A stretch of DNA of 63,987 bases, the filler included, from Dirinaria sp. TL-2023a (lineage: Eukaryota): the NCBI GenBank assembly GCA_051941275.1. It is 9 parts of 9 records of this genome, joined end to end, with 100 filler letters (N's around TTAATTAATTAA, not from the genome) between each part and the next. Parts side by side here need not be neighbours in the genome. Positions count along the whole stretch, not along the records: positions 21,668 to 28,769 come from JAVEBF010001366.1; positions 28,870 to 35,971 come from JAVEBF010001367.1; 7 more parts are not named here. One strand, written 5' to 3'. The notes under the pieces were generated by a model. The model worked only from the letters and a program-made list of their open reading frames with translations. It had not been told where the DNA came from and did not search any database. This document shows positions 23,248-35,971 of the stretch, piece after piece. The first letter of the stretch is position 1, and each line of letters starts with the position of its first letter. The translations under genes and the position numbers were made by a program.

Positions 23248-25436
23248 TCAAACACTCTTGCCGAGCCGATTTGCCAGGCTCTTTCTTAATCCCCGTACAG
23301 ACTTAGCAATTTCATGTCTCCCGTCGTATACTGGATAGACAACCACTGCAAACAACGCAAAGAACTGCCAGAAGATCGCTACTGTTACCCAACCGCAGAA
23401 GAAAGGCCGAGTGAAAATATAATCTCGGTATAATGGCATTGGCCACACAATGAACGTGAGTGCAATAATGAAGATGAGGAAAGCCCATGCAATCTTGTAC
23501 CATCGCCGGAGGTCTTGAAGGGAGTTCTCATCCAACGGATGCACCAGCTCGGTAGCTGGTGTCGCCGATCCAATAGCGGCGCGGTTGTGCAGAGATCTCT
23601 CCACCGTATCCACGGCTACGCTCGGTTTCTCTGGTTCCTGTTTATCCGGGGTTGAGAAGGCGGCGACAGACTCATCTGGAGACGAGTTTTCGCTGCGCGA
23701 AAGGGTGGTCTCATCTTCAACAAGATCGATGCGCAGAAACTCTCGCCAGTCAAAACGTCCTGGAATGAAATACGATATCACGACGGAGTATAGTATAGGC
23801 GAGAATAGCGAAGCAATACTCTCTAGAGCCATATAGTGATGGCGCCAGCTCCACGGTTGTGGCGAACGAGATGCCTCCATAAATGGATTTTGCTGTGGCC
23901 AGCCAGACACTAACGCCGCTTATCAAGCCAAGGATCGGGGCCACAATAGCGGCAGGTTTGGATTGCCTTGACCACATCAGGGTGAATATCAGAGGAAAGA
24001 TACCCGGACATGTGAGGATGGGTGAAAAGTAGTTGACCCAAGATATATTGGCGCCTCCGTAGCTCAACATCAGAGCGAACCCGGAAATGAAGATTCCGTG
24101 GAATACGACACCCAGATGGCTTACATTGACCACTTGTTTGTCCGTAGCTTTAGGATTGATATAAGTTCGATAAATATCAAACGAGATGATGCTGCTGACA
24201 GCTATCATCGACGAAGATACCGTACTTGTAACAGCCATGAAGAGCAATAACAGCACGCCAACGGTTGGTCCGCTTCCCAATAAAGCTTTGATCGTGTATG
24301 GCATAACAAATCCAGAAGCGACTTCGTCTGCCGTGAAGCCTTGTGGATACGTTGGTGAGATTGGCAATGTCTCGATGACTCTTGCAGAGAGCCCAAAGAC
24401 GGTGCCGAGGCCCCATGGGACTGCAAATATGGCCAGTGCTGCGAGATCGTACCCTGGTACTGTGGACTGTACTTCTGACGCAAAGGATTTCTGCCAAAAG
24501 GCAGTATCCTAAAATACATGTGAGCAATGCCCGTCGGACAGAGGACAGAACACAAACCATCGTCACGAGAGCGAGATTGCCGAATTTAAGGATGAGACCG
24601 AACATTATAGCGCCCTTAGATTTGAAGCTCAAGAGAGATCCTGCATAGTTTCCAACGACGTAGTGGTCGGCAGCACTAGCTGCCACCTTATCGTAGAGAC
24701 CTCCGAGTCCTCCAACGTGCTCATTTGTGAGTACTGACAAGGTAAAGAAGATGATCAGGATGATTGCAATCGTAGTGTGTAGGAAATCGGTGAGAAAGGT
24801 TGCTTTGATCCCACCAACTGCCGTGTAAAGAACGACTTCGCAACGCAAACCTCGTCAGCTCTCGCTCTAGGAACTCAAATTGGATGACCTACCTCCAACG
24901 GGTATCAAAATTGTTGCAGCTGCTAGATGCATGCCAGTTATCCCAACCACAAGTTGCGACCCAGCGAGGATCATACTAGAGCATCCAAATATGTTGTTGA
25001 TAAGATTAAGCACGGTGAAAATGACATGACCCCAGTTGCCGTAGCGTTTTCGTACAATCTCTAGGGAGGTGTGAGCATGCGGTGCTCGCATTTTAGCTAA
25101 GACGCCCAGAACAGCCATCAAGGCAATCTGGAAGGAGAGGCCGGTGCCGAACCACATTGGAGCCGCAAGGCCGTACTGGTAGCACACGACGGAGGAGAAA
25201 ACCGTTTCATTAATCCACATCCATGATGAGAAGACCGCTGAACATGTGAGACCAGTGCCAACAGATCGATTGGCGACCATGAACATCTCCGACCGTCCCG
25301 AATCTTCCATCAGATATAACTTCTGGATCTTGACGGCGAACAGGATAATGGCAGCGAAGAGGATACCGAGGCCAATGATGATCCCATATCCGGTGCCTTG
25401 GCTGAGCAGGCTGACTCCATGACCAACATCAGGCAT
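23248..25436 (-). pseudogene. DUR3-like urea/polyamine solute:sodium symporter with an apparent 7-nt frameshifting insertion
   Basis: Contains FMVANRSVGTGL, APHAHTSLEIV, YTAVGGIKATFLTD, AVTSTVSSSMIAVSS and WPMPLY. Two normal introns. The frame breaks at 23817-23825 with no intron signals. Confidence 0.75.
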
Positions 25437-26478
25437 TTTGAGTGGTGAAAGAGTAAATGACCGTTAGACAATAGCAATTGAAGTGACTACCGCAGTTCGC
25501 CAGAAATTCTCTTCAGCCCATTTATGTACTTTGTTCGAACCTGCCTTACATATCTGATACTTGCTACCGTATCACGCCAATTTAGATCATTTATTAGTTT
25601 TTGCCACCATTGTCTGGATAACGAACAGTCATCCCGCGAGATCTACGAGGATTGCGTGATCTCGGTCCCAGAATCGCATTTGCTTTCAACCATCTATTCA
25701 ATCTGCGTTGAATAGACTTTAGCCAGCCAGAACTGGCATCCGTTAAATGCCATCGTGCTCATTTGACACACATGGCTACGGTTTGAAGATCTCTTTTGAG
25801 GCAGGGATGATATGTCTAAATCAACTGAATGGAGCGTTAAGGTATGCACTCACCAGCTGTTTTTCGCTAGATCCAGATCGCTCCGTAAGCTATATCCCTG
25901 CTCAGGCATTAGAAGCTACTTCATGAAGTAGCTGTGGATCATCCGAATAATAAGCGAAAACATGTAAGAAAACGAAAGTTGGTGCCTGTAAGGAGGCTAT
26001 CTAGCTTCGCTCCGCATGACCAGTGATATTGCGCCCAGCAGCGCAGATACATTCAGTTCAGATCATGAAGGCTACAACTGAATCCAGGTATGCGGGAATT
26101 CTCGCTAATTTTTAGCGCCTCTGAGGTATTCAACGGAACAGCTGAACGAGATCTTGTAAGGATTAGACTCTATGACAATACTGGGTGGAAGATAAGATGT
26201 GCCGCAACGGCCATCAGACCCACGCGAAATTCTTTCCGCGTGGGCGTGATGTATCCCGAGAATTGCGCCATACCGTTATGCAATGTCGATCGCACTCGGA
26301 GCAAAGTCACGTGCCCCGAGGAGCTCTCCTTGTGGAGCTGTCGAGCAATTGACAACCGAGGTTATTGCATGCCGCTGTCACCTAAGACTGTCCTCGTTTG
26401 CCCCAAAATCCTCAATGAAATGATGAATGTAGGCAAATAAAACTCTGGACGGTGATTCACGGAGTGAGATCAATCTCT

Positions 26479-27954
26479 ATGAAAATGGCGACCACAAATG
26501 GCGCCCAAGGCCAGTCGAGAGAATTGCCCAACAAGGAGAAAAGCGAGGAGAAAAAGGAGCTCATCCTCAACGGTTTCGTTATCACTTCGCCCGCTCATCT
26601 CTCACCAGGGCTTTGGACGCATCCGAGAAACAAAACGGCGGACTACAATAAGCTCAAATTCTGGACCGATTTGGCTCAGCTCCTCGACAAGGCAGGTTTT
26701 CACGCCCTCTTCGTCGCAGACGTCCTAGGTGGATATGACGTTTATAAAGGACCTGCCAATATGGGTCCTGCCATTCCATCTGGCGCTCAGTTCCCAATCA
26801 ATGATCCGTTGTATGCTGTTCCGGCCATGGCTGCAGTGACCAAGAACCTGGTCTTCGGGATCACGGCCAGCACCACCTATGATCTGCCATATGCCCTTGC
26901 ACGACGGTTCTCAACTGTTGACCATCTTGCTAACGGCCGTGTGGCTTGGAATATTGTGACCTCATATCTGGAGAGTGCCGCGCGTAACCTAGGACTTGAT
27001 ACCCAAATTGAACACGACGAGCGCTACCGGATCGCGGATGAATATATGGACGTCGTCTACAAGCTCTGGGAAAGCAGCTGGCGCGATGATGCGGTCGTGC
27101 AAGATATCAAGACCGGTCAGTATGCGATCCCGGATAGAGTGCGACAGATCCATCACAGAGGCAAGTACTTTAATGTGCCTGGGCCCCATCTGTGCGAACC
27201 CTCTCGCCAGCGCACTCCTCTTCTCTTCCAAGCTGGCACCTCGAAATCGGGCAGAGACTTTGGCGCCAAGCATGCAGAGGCCATCTTTATCGGCGGACAG
27301 CTGCCGGAGAAAGTACGAACTTCAGTGGACGCTATACGGTCGCTTGCTAAAGAGAAGTTAGGTCGGGATCCGCGTCACATCAAGTTGATTTGCGGGATAA
27401 GCATCATCGTGGCGGAGACGGACGAGGCTGCCCATGCAAAACGGCAAGAGCTGCTGTCATACGGTGATAAGGAGGGAGCGCTGGCCTTGTTTGGGGGCTG
27501 GACTGGGATTGACCTATCAACATATTCAGATGACGAAGATTTTCGCTTTACCAAACTCCCAGCAATCCAATCGATTGTAAATGGTTGGGCCAGCACTGTT
27601 CCGGGCACCGACAACGTGAAATAGAACAAAAAGACAATTGCTGAATTCCTCGTCTTAGGCGGTATGATGGCGAACGTCGTAGGCAGCCCAAAAACCGTCG
27701 TCGACGAACTGGAGCGATGGGTGGAAGTGGCCGATGTAGATGGGTTCAATTTGTCTCACATCACCAATCCTGGCTCCTTTGAAGACATCATTGAATTCGT
27801 CCTGCCTGAGCTTCAGAGGCGGGGGCTTTTCCGATCGAAGATAGAGCAAGAAGGAGTCACGGCTCGAGAAGCGTATCTAGGGTCCCCATGGCTGCTTGAA
27901 GATCATCCTGGTCGTAAATTTCGATGGCATGCCGGCGAGGAGGCTCCGATCTAG
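26479..27954 (+). pseudogene. Intronless luciferase-like monooxygenase, NtaA/DszA/SoxA family, with in-frame TAG at 27622-27624
   Basis: Contains FVADVLGGYDVY, ARRFSTVDHL, GRVAWNIVTSYL, QRTPLLFQAGTS and VDGFNL...LPELQRRGLF. The same frame continues 110 codons past the TAG (DNVK*NKKTIAEFLVLGG). Confidence 0.85.
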
Positions 27955-28869
27955 GCTACGTAGTCAGTATCATGGGCAAGTGCAAAGCGGATCCCACAGG
28001 AGTTGTAATCATTAATATTAAGTACGATGAGCGATATCTTTGAGCAATGACTTGAAGGGATGAGCGCCCTCACCGCATCAGAGGTACACACGAGGGTGCT
28101 ACGTTTGGTAAACAAATGGTTATTTGTGCAGCTCGAAGCCAACAGCATTATTGCCTCAGAACTCAGACCCTTTCTGACGGGAATAAAATCGAAACAGCAC
28201 TATATCTTGACCTGATCAGGACGCTCTAAGTTCTAGTATGATGTATCATGCGAAGCTAAACGTATAGCAGGGCTTGGCAGACGTAGATTCGACTTAGGCT
28301 ACTTTTGGCGTGGGGTTTAAGGGTTAGGGTTCAAATATAGGGTTGCCCAGGAAAAAAGCCTTTTCTCCCAAAGGTCTGAGTCCCGAGGCAATCATCTGCA
28401 TACATTCGAGAATAGTGTCACTCTTTGCAGAAGACGGCTGCTCTAACTGTTGTATGCAAATGACTTATGAGGCTTCTGCTGCCATTCTTTTAGGGATGTA
28501 AGGTAGACGATAATCGAGTGATAGAGGGATGATGCAAACTCGCTGTGATGCTACACTTCAGGTCTCAAACTCGATTGAATCTAAGACAGGGGCTGATAAA
28601 GGTGACCGCTGGCAGGCTGGTGAAGCTAACTAATGACTATCACGTCAGACCGCATCAATCGTCTCTGAGCCATCAACGATCTAAAGTTAGTGTCTGAACG
28701 CTATGATCATGATGGTCTCTCTTGCGGTCACGGATGAGCTCGGTCACTCTGAAAAGGATCTACAAGGCCNNNNNNNNNNNNNNNNNNNNNNNNNNNNNNN
28801 NNNNNNNNNNNNNTTAATTAATTAANNNNNNNNNNNNNNNNNNNNNNNNNNNNNNNNNNNNNNNNNNNN

Positions 28870-31800
28870 ACAGCCCCAGCTCCTCCTCACCCAGCCACAC
28901 CCGCGCTCGCGCGTGTCCTTGACGAACTCGACGGTGGGGAAATAGTGCTCGCACTTCTTCATGGTGGCGACCCAGGGCACGTTGTCGAAGGTGACGACGC
29001 GCAGGCGGAAGTAGGTGTTGTCGCGGATCTTGGTGACCTGGGCCAGGAACTCGGTCAGGGTCGGTGTGGGGGCGTCGTTGACGGCGGTGACGAAGTTGGT
29101 GGGCGCGAGGCCGTACTGGTAGGAGGGGGACCCGCGCGTGCGCGCGGAGACGTAGACCTCCGAGTGCAGTTTCGAGATCTGCTGGCGCACGGCGTGGTGT
29201 GGCCGGTGGAGGACGGCGCCGCAGAAGATGACGGCGCGCGAGGTTTCGAGGTCCGCAGTCGGGATCGTGGGCACGCGCAGTGTGAGCTCGTGCCCGTTGC
29301 GCACCACGAGCGCCGTCAGCGTGTCGTGGTCGTACATGATGTCGAACTCGGACACGCGCGTGATGAGCTGGTCGTTGAGGGTCAGGATGATGTCGCCTTC
29401 CTTGAGCGTCTGCGCGTCGTGGCCCGCGGGCGGGCAGTCGATTTTGCGGATCATGAACAGCTGGTGCCGGCTCGGGTTCGCGGCGGCGACTTTCGAGATC
29501 CACGACTCCGACACGCCCATGATGCGGACCTGGGACATTTGCACCGTGTTGGTTTCGATGTTCAGGATCCGGAGGCTGGGGTTTTTGTCCGCGCGGATCT
29601 GGTTGATGATTGGGAGGAGCGTGGGGGCCGAGAGACCGAGGTGGTATTCGACGTCTTTCGAGGAGTGGTGAGAGCGCTCGCCAAGGTAGTTCAGCCAGAG
29701 GGCTTCCACGGTCCCGTCATTGGCGATGAGCACACCGCTGCCGCATTGTCCGCTGAGACCCGTGTCGACTGTTATGGCGTCGAGATTGATAGCGCGGTAA
29801 CGTGGCGCAGCAGGATTCGAAGGGATGGCCACTGTCGTGATATCGGTCACGGTGGTTGGCGTGAGGACAGCTCGGAAGTTCTGGTTGAAGCCTAGGAAGA
29901 TTGTCGATGCACCTTGTTTAATCGGTTCTGTGGCTAGCTTTGCGGTCTTGACTGGAGCATCGACTAAGGTAGGGTCGTATTGGATAATGGTGTAGTTGGC
30001 CAGAGGATGCATAAAGCGTACTTTGCCCTCCACGATGATCGAATCGGCGATCGTGATTGACAGATCGCAAAGATCATAAGGTACAATCGACCTCGAAACT
30101 ACGACGAGCCCCTTCTCGGCGTCTATCACAAGCCCAAATCCAACCTTCTTTGTCCTAGGAAAGCCGTCAAGCTTCAGAGGCATCGTGCACGAAACACGTA
30201 CGAAGCTTCTGATCGCGTCACCTGCTGCCGGGTGTGCGACAGCGTCAAGCGTAATGAAATCGGCTTTGCAGGGTTGCGGCGGCAATGCTGTTATCGGGGC
30301 TGCAAGATCAGTAAAATCCCAAACACCGGTAATGTCATTGCGGACGGCCATGCGCATCTTCTTGGCCCAGTGACGATCGACGTAGATTATGCTGGTGCTC
30401 AGCGTGTGAAGATCCCGTAGATGCTTGTATGTCACAACAACTCGAGCTCTATCCGGTATGGTCTTTACGACTTCGATGAATGTATCCAGATCTGGCGTCT
30501 TTCGGTGATCAATAGAATCCAGTATCCAACCAGAGTCAGTGCTCTCGAATCGAAACGATCCAGCGGCTTCGCAGATGAAGACGCCTTTGACAGCAATGGC
30601 ATACAGCCGGGCCTGTTGGTAGGAGAGATTATGAAAGGATCCTCCCGCGACTGTGACAAAGCGATCAGGGGTGATAGCATGTAGATCTCCTACTGTCATC
30701 TCCACCTCAATATCTTTGCCGCCTCTCTGCACCAAGATCTTGACACTCTTCCCCACGCTGGAATCCAGTATTGACTCTAGGCGGACGAATTGAGTAAGCA
30801 GCTCGCCGTTGACTTTGACAAGGACATCGCCCTCTTCCACCTTCGTATGCGCCGGCCCTTCCGGCAAGATTATCTCCGCGACCAGCATACCGGTCTCCTT
30901 GGGGAAGCCTTGTCTAATCATATTCTCGCACTCGGAGGTGAGGCCTAATCTTCGGCATTCATCGAATGGCTTTATCATCCACTGAGTTTGAATAGTTCCT
31001 CGATCTATCGCAACGCCCTTTCTTATACATTCCAGGGCTCTCAAAGGCCGATCCAGGGGCAGGAAGTAGTCCGTTGCAGCACCGTCCGATCTACCGCCAG
31101 CTTGCAAGGCAACAGCAAAGCCATCTAAGTTGACAACTGGTGAACCAGAACTCCCTCCACTGGCAGCAGCAGCAGCCTGGATATAATTTGTGTTGAAGTC
31201 GCTGTATCCCTCGCCATATTCAGGCGCGTTTCGATCGAGCCTGCTGATGACTCCCGACAGAATGCTCAGTTTTTCCCCGGCATCGTTGCCCACAACCCTA
31301 ATCTCTGACCCGACTTTTGCGAGATCTGGACGTAATACGAGTTCCGTGAGAGGCATGTACTTGATAGCTTGAGGGTCGAATCGTAATATGCCAAAGTCGT
31401 GGACGGGGTCGCGGTACACTGGGTACACATCGCACTATAAATCAAGAGTTAGCTGAACTGCCATCGATGGGCTGTCATAGTTGGACCGCACCTCTTCATG
31501 ATTATCGAAGATACAGAATCCCCAGAATGGGCCGGCTCCTACCACATGGCGGTTTGTCAGAATGTAGCCTTTTTGCGCGTCGACGACAAACCCCGTAGCC
31601 TCGCTTGAAGTTGCAGGATCCGTGTCAAAGGAGCAGGTCTGGCAGAAGTGTATGGATACCACATTCCTGACGACCTTTTCAATTGTAGCCTGCCATTCGG
31701 CCGTTTCTGCGGTCGCTGTCGCCTGTAAAATCTCGCCAGTCTCGTTATCGCTGTGCATGCCGTTCATCATGGTATCCGGTGGCGTCAAGTCGAGCTCTGC

Positions 31801-31890
31801 TTCGTAGTCGCTAGGTCTAATGCGCTTTCCTGGTCGATCAAGAACCACCGGGCTTGATTTTCGCTTGCGTAAATCGCTCGTGCGTTCCAT
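28870..31890 (-). CDS. NMA111: Pro-apoptotic HtrA-like serine protease Nma111 (extreme 3' end truncated)
   Basis: Contains [27 protein letters not shown] and [11 protein letters not shown], with a duplicated protease/PDZ architecture and an N-terminal basic NLS (RKRK..KRIR). One intron at about 31436-31491. Confidence 0.93.
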
Positions 31891-33204
31891 TCTGGGAGAG
31901 GTATATATGCGGCGCTGAAACAAGTGTTGCTGAAGTGATTCCCACTTTGTGATTCGATGGCACGAAAGATGACTCGGCTCTCTAACGAATGAGTGTTTGA
32001 GATCCAAATAGAGCGCGAAGGAAAAACGTCTGTGTAAAGACTGCTGTAGAGACTGTTGAACTGTAATAGAAGCTAGCCTTCCAGGCAATCTATCAATAAC
32101 ATAACCAGATCGTGCTAAGCATCTCAAAAGACTGGAGCCGCCAAATGATCTCTTTACGCCATTGAGACTGACGGGAACATGCATCCATACCAGTGCGGGT
32201 TACAAAGGGTTTGAAGTCGATGTTCACAAGAACACATCCTGATTTCGTATTTTTAAGGTTGGCTTTCGCCCTGCAGGATCTGGATCCTTGTTTCCAAGGT
32301 AGTTTTAGGTGCAGATACGTATGCAGCGTACTTCACTCCCTGACTCCCTATCACTTTAGCTCCCTTCTCTTCCTCTGCCCTCCGAATCCCGATGCTCGTC
32401 CCCCGGTCGGGCTAATTTAGTAATGCAAGGGTACCTAGTAAGTACTAAGTATCAACATCGTTCCCTCGGCTCTACAGTAGATTCATCATGCAATGCAAGT
32501 ATCGAGGATTCCCATGGTAGCAAGAAAGCTTAGCTTGAGGTGTACTTGAAAGGACCTGTAATCAAGGTCCTCATGCCTCGACATCTGCCCTCGCCTACCC
32601 AAGTTATGAGGTAGATGTTGATCGTATCTACTCGTACAAGTATGTACAAGTAACCTACCTTACGGAACAATATCAACTCCCTACCGAACCCTCTCCCTAC
32701 CTGTTCGAGCTTTGGGGACAGCTTTCCGGAAGCAGAAGTAATAATGACTTGCAACACTCAAATCAGTGATATGTTCAAAGGATCTATCCCCACTTGGAAT
32801 TTGCTGATCTTATTTCTATCATACACGCGAGCTTCGTAGAGGTAGAGCGGACCATCCCACATCCGCCAACAGTCATGCAAAAGATGCCTTGAGTGCTCTC
32901 CACTCCAACGCCACGCTGGTGAAATCAACCGTGCACGCGCTAAAAGGGAAAGGCCGTCAGACGTCTATTGCCCGCTGGAGCACTGGGCAGAACGTCCTAT
33001 CCCAGATTCCCAATAGCAACACAACGAAAAGTAAACGGGCCACCACAGAGTCCGGACCCAACGATAGAAGCCGCGTCCAGTAACCTCATGCCAACGAGCA
33101 TCCTATTGCAGTATAGATGCGAAGCATTCTGAACGCATGACCAAAGCTACACAACGACTTCAGTCAAAAGAGTACCGCACGCGTCTTGGGAGGGTAGTGG
33201 GAGA

Positions 33205-35971
33205 TCAGGCGCCAGTCTTGCTTCCTAGCATTCTTTCTCGGACTGCTCCCAATCCTCTGATGCATTCCCGATGTGTTTCCCAACTGACATCCCAGTGCTG
33301 CCTGACGCGGAAATCTTCTTCGATGCCTTGCATGTATTGCTTGTAGCCTTTGTCGCCTACCGAACTCATCCAACCGCCGTCGAGGGTACCAACATTGCTC
33401 TGCCTCTCGGTAAAGTGGGCCAGCATCCTCGAGTTGTAGGAATTCCATTCGAACATGTAGCTACGCATTTGAGCTAAATAGCGTTCCCAGGATGTCTGCG
33501 TGAGAGGACTTGGTTGTAGAGGTGCTTTTGGTGGATGTGGCAGCTCCAAAGCCTGGGGTGGTGGGTCCCTCGTGGCATTGGCGGCTGGACGTGACTCAAA
33601 CGGCAGGCTAGTAGTGAGGTCGTCCATGTTCTTGATACCCTCAGCGTTCGGCGCGAGCGGGGCAACGTTTTTAAGATCGGAAAGATTGAGGTCTTGCGGC
33701 GCCTTGCTGGTCTGATTCCCTTGCCTAGGTGGGACCGGAGGACCTCTTGGTCGAGCCCCCGTGCCCGTCACGGTCCTATCGAGATGTGTAGAAGACTTTT
33801 GTTCACCATTTGATTGACCAGATGGCGGTGTCAGGACAGGATCAATATCCATTGCACTTTCGTCTCCACTAGTTCGACTGCTTAGACTCTCGATGCCCGC
33901 AGCTGCAGCATCATCGACGACTTCTTCGGCAGGATCAGTAACACTTGCTGTTTGGGGTCGTTTACTGGGGATCTTTGAATATCTACGTGGAGTCTTAGCT
34001 CTCTTTTTGCTCATCCCCCTAACAGGAGAACCAGTAGCTGAAGGAGGGTATTGCCATGTTGCAGGCTTAAAATGTTGAGTCCAATCTTCCTTAGTAGAAT
34101 TCAGAGGGTTAAGCGACGATGGCTGAGCTGTAGATGATGAGGTCGTGGTGCTTGTATCAGTATTTGCGTGTACTCCGCTCGTCGGAGCACTATTTGCAGT
34201 CCCTTGCTCTTGCTTGGAAGGCGGCGGTGGAACAGGTACGGAACGAGCGCCTGGAGGCGGTGTTCTGGAGGCTGATATATTGTTCTGGGTCTGCTGCGGC
34301 GCTTCGAAATACTCCTTGCCGCTGGTGAACTTACCGTTCCAATGGGATGGAGAGAAGTTTGTATTGATCGACTCGGAGCTGTGGCTACGAAGTGGAGTGG
34401 CCCCGCTGAACGGCTTTTCAGCTTCATTCGATGGAAAATTAAAGCTATGGTCATATGTCCTGTCAGCATCAGTCGTGAACGGGTCGTTGCTTGAACTTAT
34501 GAAAGGGATAGAAGGCCGCTCGGTCTTCTCAATAGTCTCAGGCACAGCTTGCTTCGGAGGTGGCAAGCTTGAAGGGATAGCCCAATAAGGTGGACGCTCC
34601 AATGAGGTCCGGGGCTTTTCAGGGGAGAAAGGCCACTGCTTGGCCCATTGATGTGGAGAAGGAGTGCAAGGAGATTGGGTGAACCCAAAGTTTCCATACA
34701 TAGGTCCCTGGCCGGTCTGACCACCGGTTTGAGGCCTCATACTGGGCGTTTTTCCTGCATTATCCTTCGGCATACCATACTGCTCGTTCCAACTTCGTGG
34801 TCTCTGCAGTGGGTGCTCTGTCTTAGTTGAGCTCTCTGCACTTTGCTCTGCGTGCGACGGCCGTTGGTTTGCACTATTGCGTAAGGACTCCCGTTTCATT
34901 CGATGTTGCAAGAAGCCCTCTGGTTGATCTGATTTGATAGGTTCTTGGGCTTGAGGCTTTCTTAAGCCGTCTGTCCAACTGCTGCGAAGCCCTGGTTGGC
35001 CTGTCTGCGAAGGCCCGGCATTTTCAGAACTGTCAACTTTGACTGAAGGTTTCAATATAGGCTTTGGCTTGGATGTTGTTGGGTTGCGAAGCTGAGTCCG
35101 TCTTGTTCCGAAAGGACGTTGTGCGAATGTGTTACTCTCATCGGACGAGGACGTAGAGGACGACGAAGAAGACGGCGAAACTTGCTTCGGTGTTCGCATC
35201 TTCGGACTAGCTGAATGATGCTGCCGATCTGAGGTTGACGACGGCGCTCTAGGCTGCGGACTCTCCATTGCACTTTCGCTCTCGTACCATTCAGCAGAGG
35301 CTCGACGTTCCCGGCTATTCCCGGCTCTTCCGAGGCCATGGCTCGAAAAATACGTTTTCTCGCCACCAGCTGTGGCATAAGGGGTGCTGATACGATCACT
35401 GTTATTGAGAAAGTCCTCAGCCTCGACGTGTGACTTAAAAGCCCTGAGCGGGTCGGCCTTTCGCTGCCCTTGTGTATACGGTTGCGCATATTGAGGATCG
35501 ACCCGATGAGGACGATCTGGCCTGACATACGCATACGTCGACGTATTTTGGCCAGAGTGCACATCTCCACTTTTAGAACCTGAAGTGAAACCAGAACTTT
35601 TTGGCACTCGTTGAGTTTGTGATCGAGCCATGCGGGGCATACTACTTTGAGTGTCCTGGAACTGTTCATATGCCGTTCGCCTCGGAGGAGGGTCTTCAGA
35701 GACACCATTGGCCGTGTGTCTAGGCTGAAAGTTGGTGCGTTCTGGTCGAGGAGGCACTTTTCTAGTTGGTGGAGGACCTTGGCCGTGCCTCATTTGTTCC
35801 CAGGCTTTGAACGCATTTGCCCGTGTTTGAGCATCATCTCCTTCGGGATTGGGCCTCGACTTAGCGGCTTCGGCCTTTGGGTACGCACTGTAACGGTTTG
35901 TGCCGGTCGGAGGAGGTGGAAAATTGGTTTTCGTGGCCGTTGGAGGGGGAGGTCTTGGAGGAGGTGGTGGG
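33205..35971 (-). CDS. Large Pro/Ser-rich protein, probably the C-terminal part of a fungal DnaJ-domain protein (5' truncated)
   Basis: Frame is open to the contig end. ISTPYATAGGEKTYF and WERYLAQMRSYMFEWN...WDVSWETH are recalled from fungal J-domain proteins. The J domain itself is not visible. Confidence 0.6.

Noticed and set aside
67..28344. Telomere-maintenance cluster (TEL2, NAF1, TTAGGG motifs) or a telomerase RNA gene
   Set aside because: The elements lie on unrelated contigs, and there is no supporting structure around the short repeats.
28814..29895. Long overlapping ORFs (28814-29503, 28945-29895; also 7539-8516, 43536-44201, 55581-56171)
   Set aside because: Shadow frames of GC-rich real genes, with no independent protein signatures.
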